Below, piece after piece: positions 18,768 through 26,833 of a stretch of DNA of 64,000 nt. The stretch covers positions 1 through 64,000 of IMG/VR virus record IMGVR_UViG_3300020084_000003; one strand, 5' to 3'. The stretch's first letter is position 1. The number at the start of each line of letters is the position of its first letter. The notes under the pieces are model-generated. The model ran no database searches, was not told where the DNA came from, and saw only the letters and a program-made list of their open reading frames with translations. Both the position numbers and the translations under genes were made by a program.

Positions 18768-20180
18768 ATGCTTAATATTGAGACTTTGAAATCATACGCA
18801 AGAGAAGGTGAAAACGTGCTTCTGCAAGGTCGTCACGGTGTGGGCAAAACCGCAATTATTAAAGAGGTATTTAACTCTACCTTTGGTGAACAAAATGTGA
18901 AATGGCGTTATTTTTCTGCACCCACGATGGACCCTTGGGTTGACTTTGTTGGCGTCCCGAAGAACTACACCCGTGAGGATGGCACAGAAGTTTTCAAAAT
19001 TATTCCGCCTGAACACTTCACCGGTGATGAGCAAATCGAAGCATTGTTCTTTGACGAATTGAACCGTGCTGACGATAAAACCCTGAACGCTCTTATGGAG
19101 CTTATTCAGTTTCGTTCGATCAACGGGCGCAAATTTCCACATCTAAAATGTATCTGGGCTGCTATCAACCCGGCATCTGATGATGATAACAATTATATGG
19201 TTCATGAACTTGATCCTGCACAGATGGATCGTTTTGATAAGCAAATTTCAATTCCTTATGAGCTTGATATGACGTATTTTACCACTAAATTTGGTAAAGA
19301 TATCGCGAATGTCGCCAATGCATGGTGGAACGGTCATGAGCGTAAGCGTGTGATTTCTCCGCGTAAACTTGAAGGTATTTTGTCAAGCTTCATGAAGGGT
19401 CATGATATTTCAGACTGCACGTTGCTTGCAAACGTAGAAGAATTGAAGCAGAACCTTGATTCTGTGGGCAGGATTGAGGTTCTAAAGACTGCCGCGCGTT
19501 CTGGCGATCCCGCGCGTATTCGTGATACATTCACGCTTGATAAAATCCGTGAATATGAAAATATCATCGTATCTGCCGATAGAAGTCAGGAAATTTTCAC
19601 TCTGATTTATCCGCATATCTCTAAAGAGATTCAAGACTTCATTAAGGATACCTATAAATTTAACTATGTTTCTGATGTTGAGCGTAAGCTAACACCGGGA
19701 CAATCAAAAATTTTGAAAGACAATGCTGGTTCCAAAATTGCATTTACTCTAGGCAATGGAGTGAAAATCAAGTCTAAAATGAAAGATATCTCGAAAAATT
19801 TCACTGTTGATGATATCCTTAGTAAATTGATTGGGATGACTGATGCAAATGAAGTGTTTCCATTCATCTATGATGAAGATGCAGAACAAAAAGAAATGTA
19901 TGATCTTGCTTCTTCATTCGACAAAAATGATTTCTCTGATTTTTATACACTGGCAGTCGCTATGCTGTATCAACATGTAAAAATGAATGGAAAGTATGGC
20001 ATCGAAGAAAATAATATTTGGAAATTTGTAACAAAAATTCCAGAAGATGCGAGTGTCAATGCTAACCTTCAAATCTCGGTCGTGGAGAACCATAGACTTA
20101 AAAAGGCTATCATGAATGGCGATCTTGATTATGTCTTGCGATTGATTGTAGAAACGCCTGAACAACTGTTTTATAACTAA
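18768..20180 (+). CDS. MoxR/dynein-related AAA+ ATPase
   Basis: Walker A GRHGVGKT, Walker B LFFDELNRA, AAINP, DRF. Confidence 0.88.
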   Translation: MLNIETLKSYAREGENVLLQGRHGVGKTAIIKEVFNSTFGEQNVKWRYFSAPTMDPWVDFVGVPKNYTREDGTEVFKIIPPEHFTGDEQIEALFFDELNRADDKTLNALMELIQFRSINGRKFPHLKCIWAAINPASDDDNNYMVHELDPAQMDRFDKQISIPYELDMTYFTTKFGKDIANVANAWWNGHERKRVISPRKLEGILSSFMKGHDISDCTLLANVEELKQNLDSVGRIEVLKTAARSGDPARIRDTFTLDKIREYENIIVSADRSQEIFTLIYPHISKEIQDFIKDTYKFNYVSDVERKLTPGQSKILKDNAGSKIAFTLGNGVKIKSKMKDISKNFTVDDILSKLIGMTDANEVFPFIYDEDAEQKEMYDLASSFDKNDFSDFYTLAVAMLYQHVKMNGKYGIEENNIWKFVTKIPEDASVNANLQISVVENHRLKKAIMNGDLDYVLRLIVETPEQLFYN

Positions 20181-20193
20181 TAAGGAGATTTAA

Positions 20194-21573
20194 GTGGAAA
20201 ATCTTGTAGACTTCAAAAGGGGTATGCTTGCAAAGGTAAACCCCTTTCTAAACAAATTTCCTGCGTATTCCTATATCTACAATTCTCAGATGGCATCTCT
20301 TGATATCGACACAACTCCACCGAAATATGGAGTTGTAAAAAGGAATGGTAGAGAAGAAAACATTATTTTCGGACGTTATACGACAGCCGCAGTCTGTTTC
20401 ACCAATAACGGCAAAAACATCAGGTTTTATTTCAACAAGTTCTTTGCTGAAAAATTGACCGAAGAAGAAATCCAATTCGTGTTTGCCCATGAAGCTCTGC
20501 ACGTTCTTCTAAATCATGGCAAAAAGGGTGATGAGTTTTTAAAATCACTGCCCGAAGAACAGCGCAGTCATTCTATTTTGAACAAGGCTATGGATATTTG
20601 TATCAACGAAATCCTGATAGAGACTGCATTCAAGGATAGATTCAAGTATATGTATAACTTGAATGATACGCTATGCACCATCCGAACTATTTTCGAAAGG
20701 CGTGGAATTGCAGTAAATCGTGATGAAAACTTCAAGTATTACTACATGAAGATTTTGGAAAACATCAAAGATGATGAAAATGACGATGATTTCACAATGT
20801 TTGGCGATATTCAGGAATCTTACGGTGGTCTGCCGCAAGAAAGCAAAGAAAACGCGGATGAAATGTCTAAAGGCGGTGGGGTTGATGATGATAACGTGAA
20901 GGAGAAGATGACCGGTGGTGGCTTTAAGGAAAGCTCTGGTTCAGAAAAGTTTAAAGAGGTCGTCACCCAATTCAAGAAAATGTCTCTTGAAGACGCTATC
21001 ACTCGTTATATCAAACCAAGAAACATGGCTATGGTGGATTTTACTATTGCACCAAAAGTGAAGTATGAATGGCACAAGACCAATCGTAGATTTGCTATGG
21101 CAAAGTCTAAAGATACAACTGTTCCAAATAGAAGCGTAAAATATACACATAAGAAAATGAATGTCGTTGTGTATTGTGACGTTTCAGGTTCGGTTGAGGC
21201 TTATACTAAAAGATTTCTTTCCATCATTGATATGATTGACAACGAACGTGTAAACGTGATACCTTATGTTTGGGCCGATTCGGTTTCGGAAGCCGTAAAG
21301 ATTGCTGATGATAAGTTTTCTTGGAAAGCTTGTGGTGGCGGGACTAACATTGCTTCTGTGATTTCCCACTACACTAAAAACTATTCAGACGATAAAATTG
21401 ATAGTGTGGTTGTCTTGACAGACGGTGAGTATAGAGATATATCTAATATGAAGTTGGGTCGCAGATTTAATCACCAAAAGTGGGTATTTTTGATGACAGG
21501 CTCATCGCAACTGAGTAACGTTTTTGACAAGTCTGTGTCGGTAGAAATTGATTGGAGAGGTAACACTAAATGA
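20194..21573 (+). CDS. HExxH metallopeptidase-like + vWA protein (DUF2201-like)
   Basis: HEALHVLLNH, DICIN, MIDAS DVSGS, GGGT, LTDG. Confidence 0.85.
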   Translation: MENLVDFKRGMLAKVNPFLNKFPAYSYIYNSQMASLDIDTTPPKYGVVKRNGREENIIFGRYTTAAVCFTNNGKNIRFYFNKFFAEKLTEEEIQFVFAHEALHVLLNHGKKGDEFLKSLPEEQRSHSILNKAMDICINEILIETAFKDRFKYMYNLNDTLCTIRTIFERRGIAVNRDENFKYYYMKILENIKDDENDDDFTMFGDIQESYGGLPQESKENADEMSKGGGVDDDNVKEKMTGGGFKESSGSEKFKEVVTQFKKMSLEDAITRYIKPRNMAMVDFTIAPKVKYEWHKTNRRFAMAKSKDTTVPNRSVKYTHKKMNVVVYCDVSGSVEAYTKRFLSIIDMIDNERVNVIPYVWADSVSEAVKIADDKFSWKACGGGTNIASVISHYTKNYSDDKIDSVVVLTDGEYRDISNMKLGRRFNHQKWVFLMTGSSQLSNVFDKSVSVEIDWRGNTK

Positions 21574-22079
21574 AATATGAAACTCTTGTAGAAATTGTAA
21601 ATAGTGTCAAAGGCACCAAATTTGCGTCCATTGATACTACTACAGAAGTGAAGCTAACTGGTGGCAAGAAAAACCCGTTTCAAGGTCGTGTCACCAAGAA
21701 AACTTCTAACAACATGGTAATCATGACTAATACGCCGGAAAACGTGTATTCAAATATGGTTAAAAAACGTCTTGTTGAAGAAGGTAAGGACTTCAAGGAA
21801 TTTGAACTTAAACCCCGCAAATGGGGTATTCGTGAAGGCGATACCTGCATCATTGACCATAATGGCAAGAAATATCTAGAAGCCATTTTTGTTCGCGGTG
21901 GCGATTCTGTTTACTACGTGGATGGTGTTGAAACTGATCCAGATAAAATTGAGGGTCTGCCAGAAAAGAAAATGTCAGAAGAATCTCAAGGTGGTCTGGA
22001 AGATAAGGTTATTATCAGGACATTTGCATCTGATTCTATTGACAACATTCGTATCAACCACAAGGAATATGTGGAGTAA
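21570..22079 (+). CDS. conserved phage hypothetical protein
   Basis: 169-aa ORF with 4-nt overlap; GGKKNPF..YSNMVKKRL. Confidence 0.75.
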   Translation: MKYETLVEIVNSVKGTKFASIDTTTEVKLTGGKKNPFQGRVTKKTSNNMVIMTNTPENVYSNMVKKRLVEEGKDFKEFELKPRKWGIREGDTCIIDHNGKKYLEAIFVRGGDSVYYVDGVETDPDKIEGLPEKKMSEESQGGLEDKVIIRTFASDSIDNIRINHKEYVE

Positions 22080-22084
22080 AAAAA

Positions 22085-22147
22085 TTCGTTCCAATGCACT
22101 TTTCTCTTGACATTGGAACGAATCAGTGCTATAAGAGTTATAAATAA
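22085..22147 (+). promoter_or_regulatory. sigma70 promoter with palindromic operator, plus a late promoter
   Basis: TTGACA(22107)-17-TATAAG; 12-bp IR TTCGTTCCAATG/CATTGGAACGAA; TATAAATA at 22140. Confidence 0.65.
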
Positions 22148-22196
22148 AATACGCATATGAGCGTATCCAAAATTATTAAAAAGGTATAAAACTATC

Positions 22197-22256
22197 ATGT
22201 ATAACGCAATTTATAAAATTGAGAAATATGAATACATTTCCGAGGGGATTATGTAA
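22197..22256 (+). other. candidate 19-aa ORF or small RNA in a stand-alone unit
   Basis: MYNAIYKIEKYEYISEGIM between the promoters and a terminator; weak SD spacing. Confidence 0.3.
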
Positions 22257-22284
22257 ACGGATAGTCATATCTTACGTTTATTTG

Positions 22285-22315
22285 AAGCCCCAAGTTTGCA
22301 GACTTGGGGCTTTTT
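22285..22315 (+). terminator. intrinsic terminator
   Basis: AAGCCCCAAGT..ACTTGGGGCTTTTT. Confidence 0.9.
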
Positions 22316-22351
22316 GCTTTTTTACAATTGAATAATGAAACTATAAAGTCC

Positions 22352-22380
22352 TTGACAAGTTGATACTGGTGTAGTAGTAT
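22352..22380 (+). promoter_or_regulatory. sigma70-type promoter
   Basis: TTGACA-17-TAGTAT. Confidence 0.65.
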
Positions 22381-22406
22381 AAAACGACACTATATGGAGA
22401 AATGAT

Positions 22407-22910
22407 ATGGATAATGAGTCTAACTTAACGGATGAAACCCCGATCAAGATGATCGTAGATTTTCACAGGCAAGCTATGCCTAATCCAACAGTTAGACAAA
22501 AAACAGTCCAGATTGGTCTTCATTTAGATGCTATCGCCAAGATGCTAAATGAAATGGAAGTGGTTAGATCAGGTCCATGTTGTGACGATGATCCCAACTT
22601 TGAAGTTTTTAAAAATATGGCTCAGAAAGTTGCTGACTTTCTGGTGGTGGGTTCTTTCATACCCAATATCAAAGATGACGCTAAATTTTTAGAAACTCTT
22701 GCATATCAGGATGTATCACGTGCTGGAATAGCATATACACAAGGATACAACTTAATCGGTGCTATTGAAGAAACCGCATCAAATCAATTTAAAAGATTTG
22801 ATGATAACGGAAATCCAATTCTAGATAGATTTGGTAAATTACAAGATAGCCCTAATTTCGTAGAAGTGGATTACTCCAAATATACGAATAAAATTATACA
22901 AGGAGTTTAA
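22407..22910 (+). CDS. MazG-like all-alpha NTP pyrophosphohydrolase homolog, degenerate active site
   Basis: family frame QIGLH..KML, SN..KFDDNGNPI.D..GK; acidic metal ligands not evident. Confidence 0.6.
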   Translation: MDNESNLTDETPIKMIVDFHRQAMPNPTVRQKTVQIGLHLDAIAKMLNEMEVVRSGPCCDDDPNFEVFKNMAQKVADFLVVGSFIPNIKDDAKFLETLAYQDVSRAGIAYTQGYNLIGAIEETASNQFKRFDDNGNPILDRFGKLQDSPNFVEVDYSKYTNKIIQGV

Positions 22911-22912
22911 TA

Positions 22913-23362
22913 ATGAAATTAACACTAGCTTTAGCTTTTTCTCTATTTGCAACCGCATCTGTAGCTGATACTTTGACAATCACTGATGCATATATTATGA
23001 ATAGCACTCGTCCAGATATGGCGATGGGGTTTATGATGATTAATAACAATACAGATGCAGATTGTAGTCTGGTTGGTTCTAGCTCAACACGTGCCGGAAA
23101 TACAGAATTGCATGAAACATTTGAATATGAAGGTCGCACATATATGATGCAAACAGTTGAACAAATTGATATTCCTGCGGGACAATCTGTTGAACTATGG
23201 CCCGCATCTTATCATGTAATGCTGCTTGACATTGATGAAGATGCACCATTGGTGAATGGAGAGTTTGTTGATTTGACTATGGATTTTGGTAATTGCGGAA
23301 ATGTGACACTGGAAGTAGAAGTTGATACACCAGTTGCACATGAAGGACACGAAAATCATTAA
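22913..23362 (+). CDS. periplasmic copper chaperone PCu(A)C
   Basis: signal peptide; ELHET..MM..V..IDIPAG.SVEL.P.SYHVML; His-rich tail. Confidence 0.88.
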   Translation: MKLTLALAFSLFATASVADTLTITDAYIMNSTRPDMAMGFMMINNNTDADCSLVGSSSTRAGNTELHETFEYEGRTYMMQTVEQIDIPAGQSVELWPASYHVMLLDIDEDAPLVNGEFVDLTMDFGNCGNVTLEVEVDTPVAHEGHENH

Positions 23363-23384
23363 TACAGAGACTTGAAAAAAGTTG

Positions 23385-23413
23385 TTGACGAATCACTCCT
23401 GTTGATCTATGTT
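23385..23413 (+). promoter_or_regulatory. sigma70-type promoter of the tRNA cluster
   Basis: AAAAAAGTTG-TTGACG-17-TATGTT. Confidence 0.65.
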
Positions 23414-23441
23414 GCTGACATACGAAGAAACAGGAGATTGT

Positions 23442-23519
23442 GGTGATGTAGCTCAGTTGGTTAGCAGCGCACCCCTGATAAGGGTGAGGTCGGTGGTTCG
23501 AATCCACCCATCACTACCA
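23442..23519 (+). tRNA. tRNA-Ile(GAU)
   Basis: acceptor GGTGATG/CATCACT, anticodon arm CACCC-CTGATAA-GGGTG, TTCGAAT loop, encoded CCA. Confidence 0.95.
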
Positions 23520-23572
23520 AAAATTATATAATGGAGACATTTATGTGGTTCAAAAAATTGAAGGAGTTTATT

Positions 23573-23926
23573 ATGGGAACTGTTCGCATAAATGATGATG
23601 TTTATGAAGATGTGACCACTGTTAATTTTAATGGTAACAGAACTATTATTATAAATGGTAAAGATGTTTCTGGATCATATAAAACATTTCCACAAATCAA
23701 TGTGACTATTGAAGGTGATGTGAAAATCGGTGTAGTTGATGTTAATACACTTACTGTAAATGGAAGTCTTACAACGGGTAAAAATGTTGACTGTAATGAT
23801 ATTACCGTTTATGGTGATATGACTGTGAATGGTGATGTGGATTGTAATACGTTGCGTGTAGAAAAAGACTTGACATGCGGTGACGTTGATGCTAACACTG
23901 TTAAAGCAGGAAAAATGAATAAGTAG
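23573..23926 (+). CDS. beta-helical repeat protein (bactofilin-like repeats)
   Basis: V.G.V.C..I.V.G repeats; SD AAGGAG before MGTVRI. Confidence 0.6.
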   Translation: MGTVRINDDVYEDVTTVNFNGNRTIIINGKDVSGSYKTFPQINVTIEGDVKIGVVDVNTLTVNGSLTTGKNVDCNDITVYGDMTVNGDVDCNTLRVEKDLTCGDVDANTVKAGKMNK

Positions 23927-23947
23927 GAGATGGTGGTGATTAAATAT

Positions 23948-24032
23948 GGGCGGGATGGCACAGTGGAGGGCCACCAGACTGTAAATCTGGCGCGGTAACG
24001 CATGGTAGGTTCGAACCCTACCCCGCTCACCA
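23948..24032 (+). tRNA. tRNA-Tyr(GUA)
   Basis: acceptor GGGCGGG/CCCGCTC, CCAGA-CTGTAAA-TCTGG, long variable arm, encoded CCA. Confidence 0.93.
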
Positions 24033-24052
24033 ATTATTAAAGGATTTATATT

Positions 24053-24271
24053 ATGCAAATGGAAAATAAACACCCTTTTACGCAAACGGTAAATGTGCCG
24101 CAGCACATTCTTGATAAAGTAAATGCTGCAAATCCTGATAAACCAAAAATGACCGAGCTACGTCTTGTATTTGAACCCGGAACAGAAGTAACGGATGAGT
24201 TGATTGAAAAAGGCGCAATGAGCTTTCACGATTGGACTAAAAACGCTAAACTTGTTTCGGGAGTAGATTAA
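24053..24271 (+). CDS. hypothetical protein
   Basis: 72-aa ORF with SD AAGGA. Confidence 0.7.
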   Translation: MQMENKHPFTQTVNVPQHILDKVNAANPDKPKMTELRLVFEPGTEVTDELIEKGAMSFHDWTKNAKLVSGVD

Positions 24272-24489
24272 TGGAAAAATATGCAAAAAAGTCATTGCGT
24301 TTTGTCGTGAAACTATTAGTGTCTCCTTTTGTTTTATTTGGATGGGGAATGATTTTCTTGTTTCGTTATATTGAATTATTTTACGAGTGGTTATTTGAAG
24401 TAAAACAGTCTGACTTCACGAAACAATTTAATAAAGAATATCATGAAGAATCAATGCTTAAATTTAGGCGTTTCTTCACTCAGATTTAA
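24271..24489 (+). CDS. hypothetical membrane protein
   Basis: 72 aa with one hydrophobic segment; TAATG coupling. Confidence 0.65.
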   Translation: MEKYAKKSLRFVVKLLVSPFVLFGWGMIFLFRYIELFYEWLFEVKQSDFTKQFNKEYHEESMLKFRRFFTQI

Positions 24490-24499
24490 GGGGGTTAAT

Positions 24500-24709
24500 A
24501 TGGATATTAAAGAAATGGTTGCCAATGGTAAACGTGTAAAATTTACTAGGTATTTTGACGGTAATCTCTGGTATGTGACAGAAAACGGCTTTGAGTTTCC
24601 TGTTCCTGTTAGCGACATTGGGAATGCTACATTTGCGGCGGAAGACAAAGCTATGTTATTCATGCGCTATATCAGGAAGCATATTGCCACGGTAACTAAT
24701 AATGGCTAA
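24500..24709 (+). CDS. conserved phage hypothetical protein
   Basis: LWYVTENGFEFPVPVSDIGNATF.AEDKAMLFMRYIRK; SD GGGG. Confidence 0.75.
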   Translation: MDIKEMVANGKRVKFTRYFDGNLWYVTENGFEFPVPVSDIGNATFAAEDKAMLFMRYIRKHIATVTNNG

Positions 24710-24878
24710 AGACTATTTTAATCAAAAATTTGACCAATTTTTAGGTCATAAGCTTAGAATGGTAGAAAGAGATATGCATGGCAGATTAGTGTTGACATTC
24801 GAAGGTGACGATGATATGGTTAGGTCAGTTGCAGTGGCGGCGACCCCTATGGGCGGAATCAATATCAAAGAGGTATAA
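24702..24878 (+). CDS. hypothetical protein (58 aa, not in ORF track)
   Basis: ATG GCT AAA..GTA TAA; fills the gap between neighbours. Confidence 0.55.
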   Translation: MAKDYFNQKFDQFLGHKLRMVERDMHGRLVLTFEGDDDMVRSVAVAATPMGGINIKEV

Positions 24879-24879
24879 C

Positions 24880-25194
24880 ATGTCTTTTATTTTCAACTTC
24901 CAGAAGAACCGTGCGAGAAAGAAAGGATGGAAGAAATTCTTCTATATGGGAAAACTTCATGATGTTTATACTCGCGAAGAACTGCTAGAACTCGAAAGTA
25001 AAAGATTGAAAGAATGTCAAGACGAAGCAGATGGCCTTGTTGTAGCAAGAATGATACGGGAATTTCAATCTGATTTTAGCACAATATATCCAGAACACAT
25101 CCATATTGGTCTTGGTGCTGTTGGCCCTCTACAGACTTTTTTGGGTCTAGCTATTAAAAATGGACACATCACGATAAAAGATGAGGATGATTGA
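24880..25194 (+). CDS. hypothetical protein
   Basis: start placed at MSFIF after SD GAGGT. Confidence 0.6.
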   Translation: MSFIFNFQKNRARKKGWKKFFYMGKLHDVYTREELLELESKRLKECQDEADGLVVARMIREFQSDFSTIYPEHIHIGLGAVGPLQTFLGLAIKNGHITIKDEDD

Positions 25195-25588
25195 TATGTT
25201 ACATATTACACAAGAAGTAATGTCTGAGGCGATGCTGAAAGTCCATTTAGGAGAAGGTCTGGTTGTGCATAGATTTAATGCACCGGATCATGGTCATCAT
25301 CATGACCATCCTTGGCCCTTCAAAAGCACTATTATTCGCGGCGGATATGTAGAAGAAGTTATGAACCGCGATGGAAGTATTGAGACAGTGGAGAGGCTAC
25401 CGGGTCAGCAATTTCTTATAGAACCCATGCACATTCACAGAATAATTCATCTGTTTGAGCCTGTAGTTTGGACTTGCATTGATTTGCAAGGTGAGAAGGT
25501 GCAGGAACCGGGATTTTATGAAGTGCGAGATGGGCAAGTTTGGTCCCGTAGATGGAACGAAAGAGAATTTAAACCGCATACTTTTTGA
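25181..25588 (+). CDS. cupin-fold protein
   Basis: HHHDHPWPF.STIIRGGYVEE and HIHRI cupin metal motifs. Confidence 0.7.
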   Translation: MRMIDMLHITQEVMSEAMLKVHLGEGLVVHRFNAPDHGHHHDHPWPFKSTIIRGGYVEEVMNRDGSIETVERLPGQQFLIEPMHIHRIIHLFEPVVWTCIDLQGEKVQEPGFYEVRDGQVWSRRWNEREFKPHTF

Positions 25589-25599
25589 AAAGGTCTTAT

Positions 25600-25926
25600 A
25601 TGATGAAACTACTAACAGCAGGTTACGGGGCAGGCAATGGCCCCGGAATGACCCTACTACATAAACCTTTTGTCAAAGTAGACCCAAGTATGGAAGATGT
25701 TCTGTGGAAGTATTCTTGTCATATAACTTTTGCAAGGAAAATAAGAATTTGTTTGGAAAACTCTGGTAGATACGATTGTTGGGTGCAACCCGGATGGATA
25801 TATCATCAGTATCATGAGTGTAAAAAAGATTTAGCTGATATTGGGATAAAAATGCTGATTACATCTGTCCCTGAAAGAGACAAATATGTTATTGACAAAG
25901 GAAAAGTTATAGTAGAGAGTGTGTGA
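25600..25926 (+). CDS. hypothetical protein
   Basis: ORF in operon spacing. Confidence 0.55.
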   Translation: MMKLLTAGYGAGNGPGMTLLHKPFVKVDPSMEDVLWKYSCHITFARKIRICLENSGRYDCWVQPGWIYHQYHECKKDLADIGIKMLITSVPERDKYVIDKGKVIVESV

Positions 25927-25928
25927 AG

Positions 25929-26096
25929 ATGGATGGTTATGAAATAGTGCAATGCGCTGTAAAATATTATGTCATATATAAAGACGAGTATAACTGTATA
26001 GGTCAGGTAGGACCATTTGTATCATACGCAGAAGCAGAAGAGAACAGTCTTGATTATGAAAACGCCATTGTTTCAAGGCAGTTAGAGGAAATATGA
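25929..26096 (+). CDS. hypothetical protein (55 aa, not in ORF track)
   Basis: MDGYEIVQ..QLEEI; ATGA overlap with the next ORF. Confidence 0.5.
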   Translation: MDGYEIVQCAVKYYVIYKDEYNCIGQVGPFVSYAEAEENSLDYENAIVSRQLEEI

Positions 26097-26362
26097 CTGA
26101 GGTATTGGTAGTCTATTACGAGCATAATGGTTCTAGTGCAGGAATGCATATCTTGGACCGTATGCCAGAAAATGAAGAAGAATTGAATTATATTTTTGAT
26201 GAGATACTATGCATTCCAAAAGTATATAAAGATTTGTTGACTAAAGGATCAACTAACTTCGAAAGAATGAAACAAATGGGCTATTGGCAGTTTAGTTGTG
26301 ATGAAAATTGGGATGATGCTCAAATAGTGTATTTCAGTATGAAAAAGGTTAATGAGTTATGA
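26093..26362 (+). CDS. hypothetical protein
   Basis: 89-aa ORF with SD GAGG. Confidence 0.65.
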   Translation: MTEVLVVYYEHNGSSAGMHILDRMPENEEELNYIFDEILCIPKVYKDLLTKGSTNFERMKQMGYWQFSCDENWDDAQIVYFSMKKVNEL

Positions 26363-26562
26363 CTGATGAAGAACAACAAAAATTTTTGGATATGGTAAGG
26401 AAAACAATGCCAGATCAAATTGCTAAAGATATTTTAGAAGTAAATGTTGTCGATCCTAATATAATGAAAGAACTTTATGAAAATAGTAAAAGTGAAGAAG
26501 AATTAGTTAAAGAAGGTTTTAAACCTGTTTCTGGTATGAAATTGGTTTGGACAAAAGAATAA
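26359..26562 (+). CDS. hypothetical protein
   Basis: 67-aa ORF with ATGA overlap. Confidence 0.65.
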   Translation: MTDEEQQKFLDMVRKTMPDQIAKDILEVNVVDPNIMKELYENSKSEEELVKEGFKPVSGMKLVWTKE

Positions 26563-26579
26563 AAAGTGTGTTTAATTGA

Positions 26580-26717
26580 GGACGAGAGGGCGCTGTTGGT
26601 TGGTTCCATCCGGCTTTGGACCGAAGAGTATGAAGGCTCTGTGAAGTTCAAACCTTCTAGGTCAAGATTAACCGGAGACTTAATGTCACGTGGGTTCGAT
26701 TCCCACCGGGATTACCA
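26580..26717 (+). ncRNA. tRNA-like RNA with a second tRNA-like module nested in the anticodon loop
   Basis: D-arm shared with tRNA-Lys(CUU); TCCGG/CCGGA stem around a 51-nt insert carrying a TTCAAAC T-loop; variable arm; GTGGG-TTCGATT-CCCAC; ACCA end; acceptor stem poorly paired. Confidence 0.7.
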
Positions 26718-26734
26718 TTAAATACACTTAATAT

Positions 26735-26810
26735 GGCCCCATCGTCTAGTGGTCTAGGACGCTGCCCTTTCAAGGCAGAAACACGGATTCGAATTCCGTT
26801 GGGGCTACCA
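26735..26810 (+). tRNA. tRNA-Glu(UUC)
   Basis: GGCCCCA/TGGGGCT, CTGCC-CTTTCAA-GGCAG, encoded CCA. Confidence 0.95.
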
Positions 26811-26833
26811 ATAAAAATAGTCTACTTTATAGT

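Noticed and set aside
26580-26717. Permuted two-piece tmRNA or group I intron-containing tRNA
   Set aside because: No tag reading frame or matching second piece follows (tRNA-Glu comes next), and 51 nt is far too short for a self-splicing core
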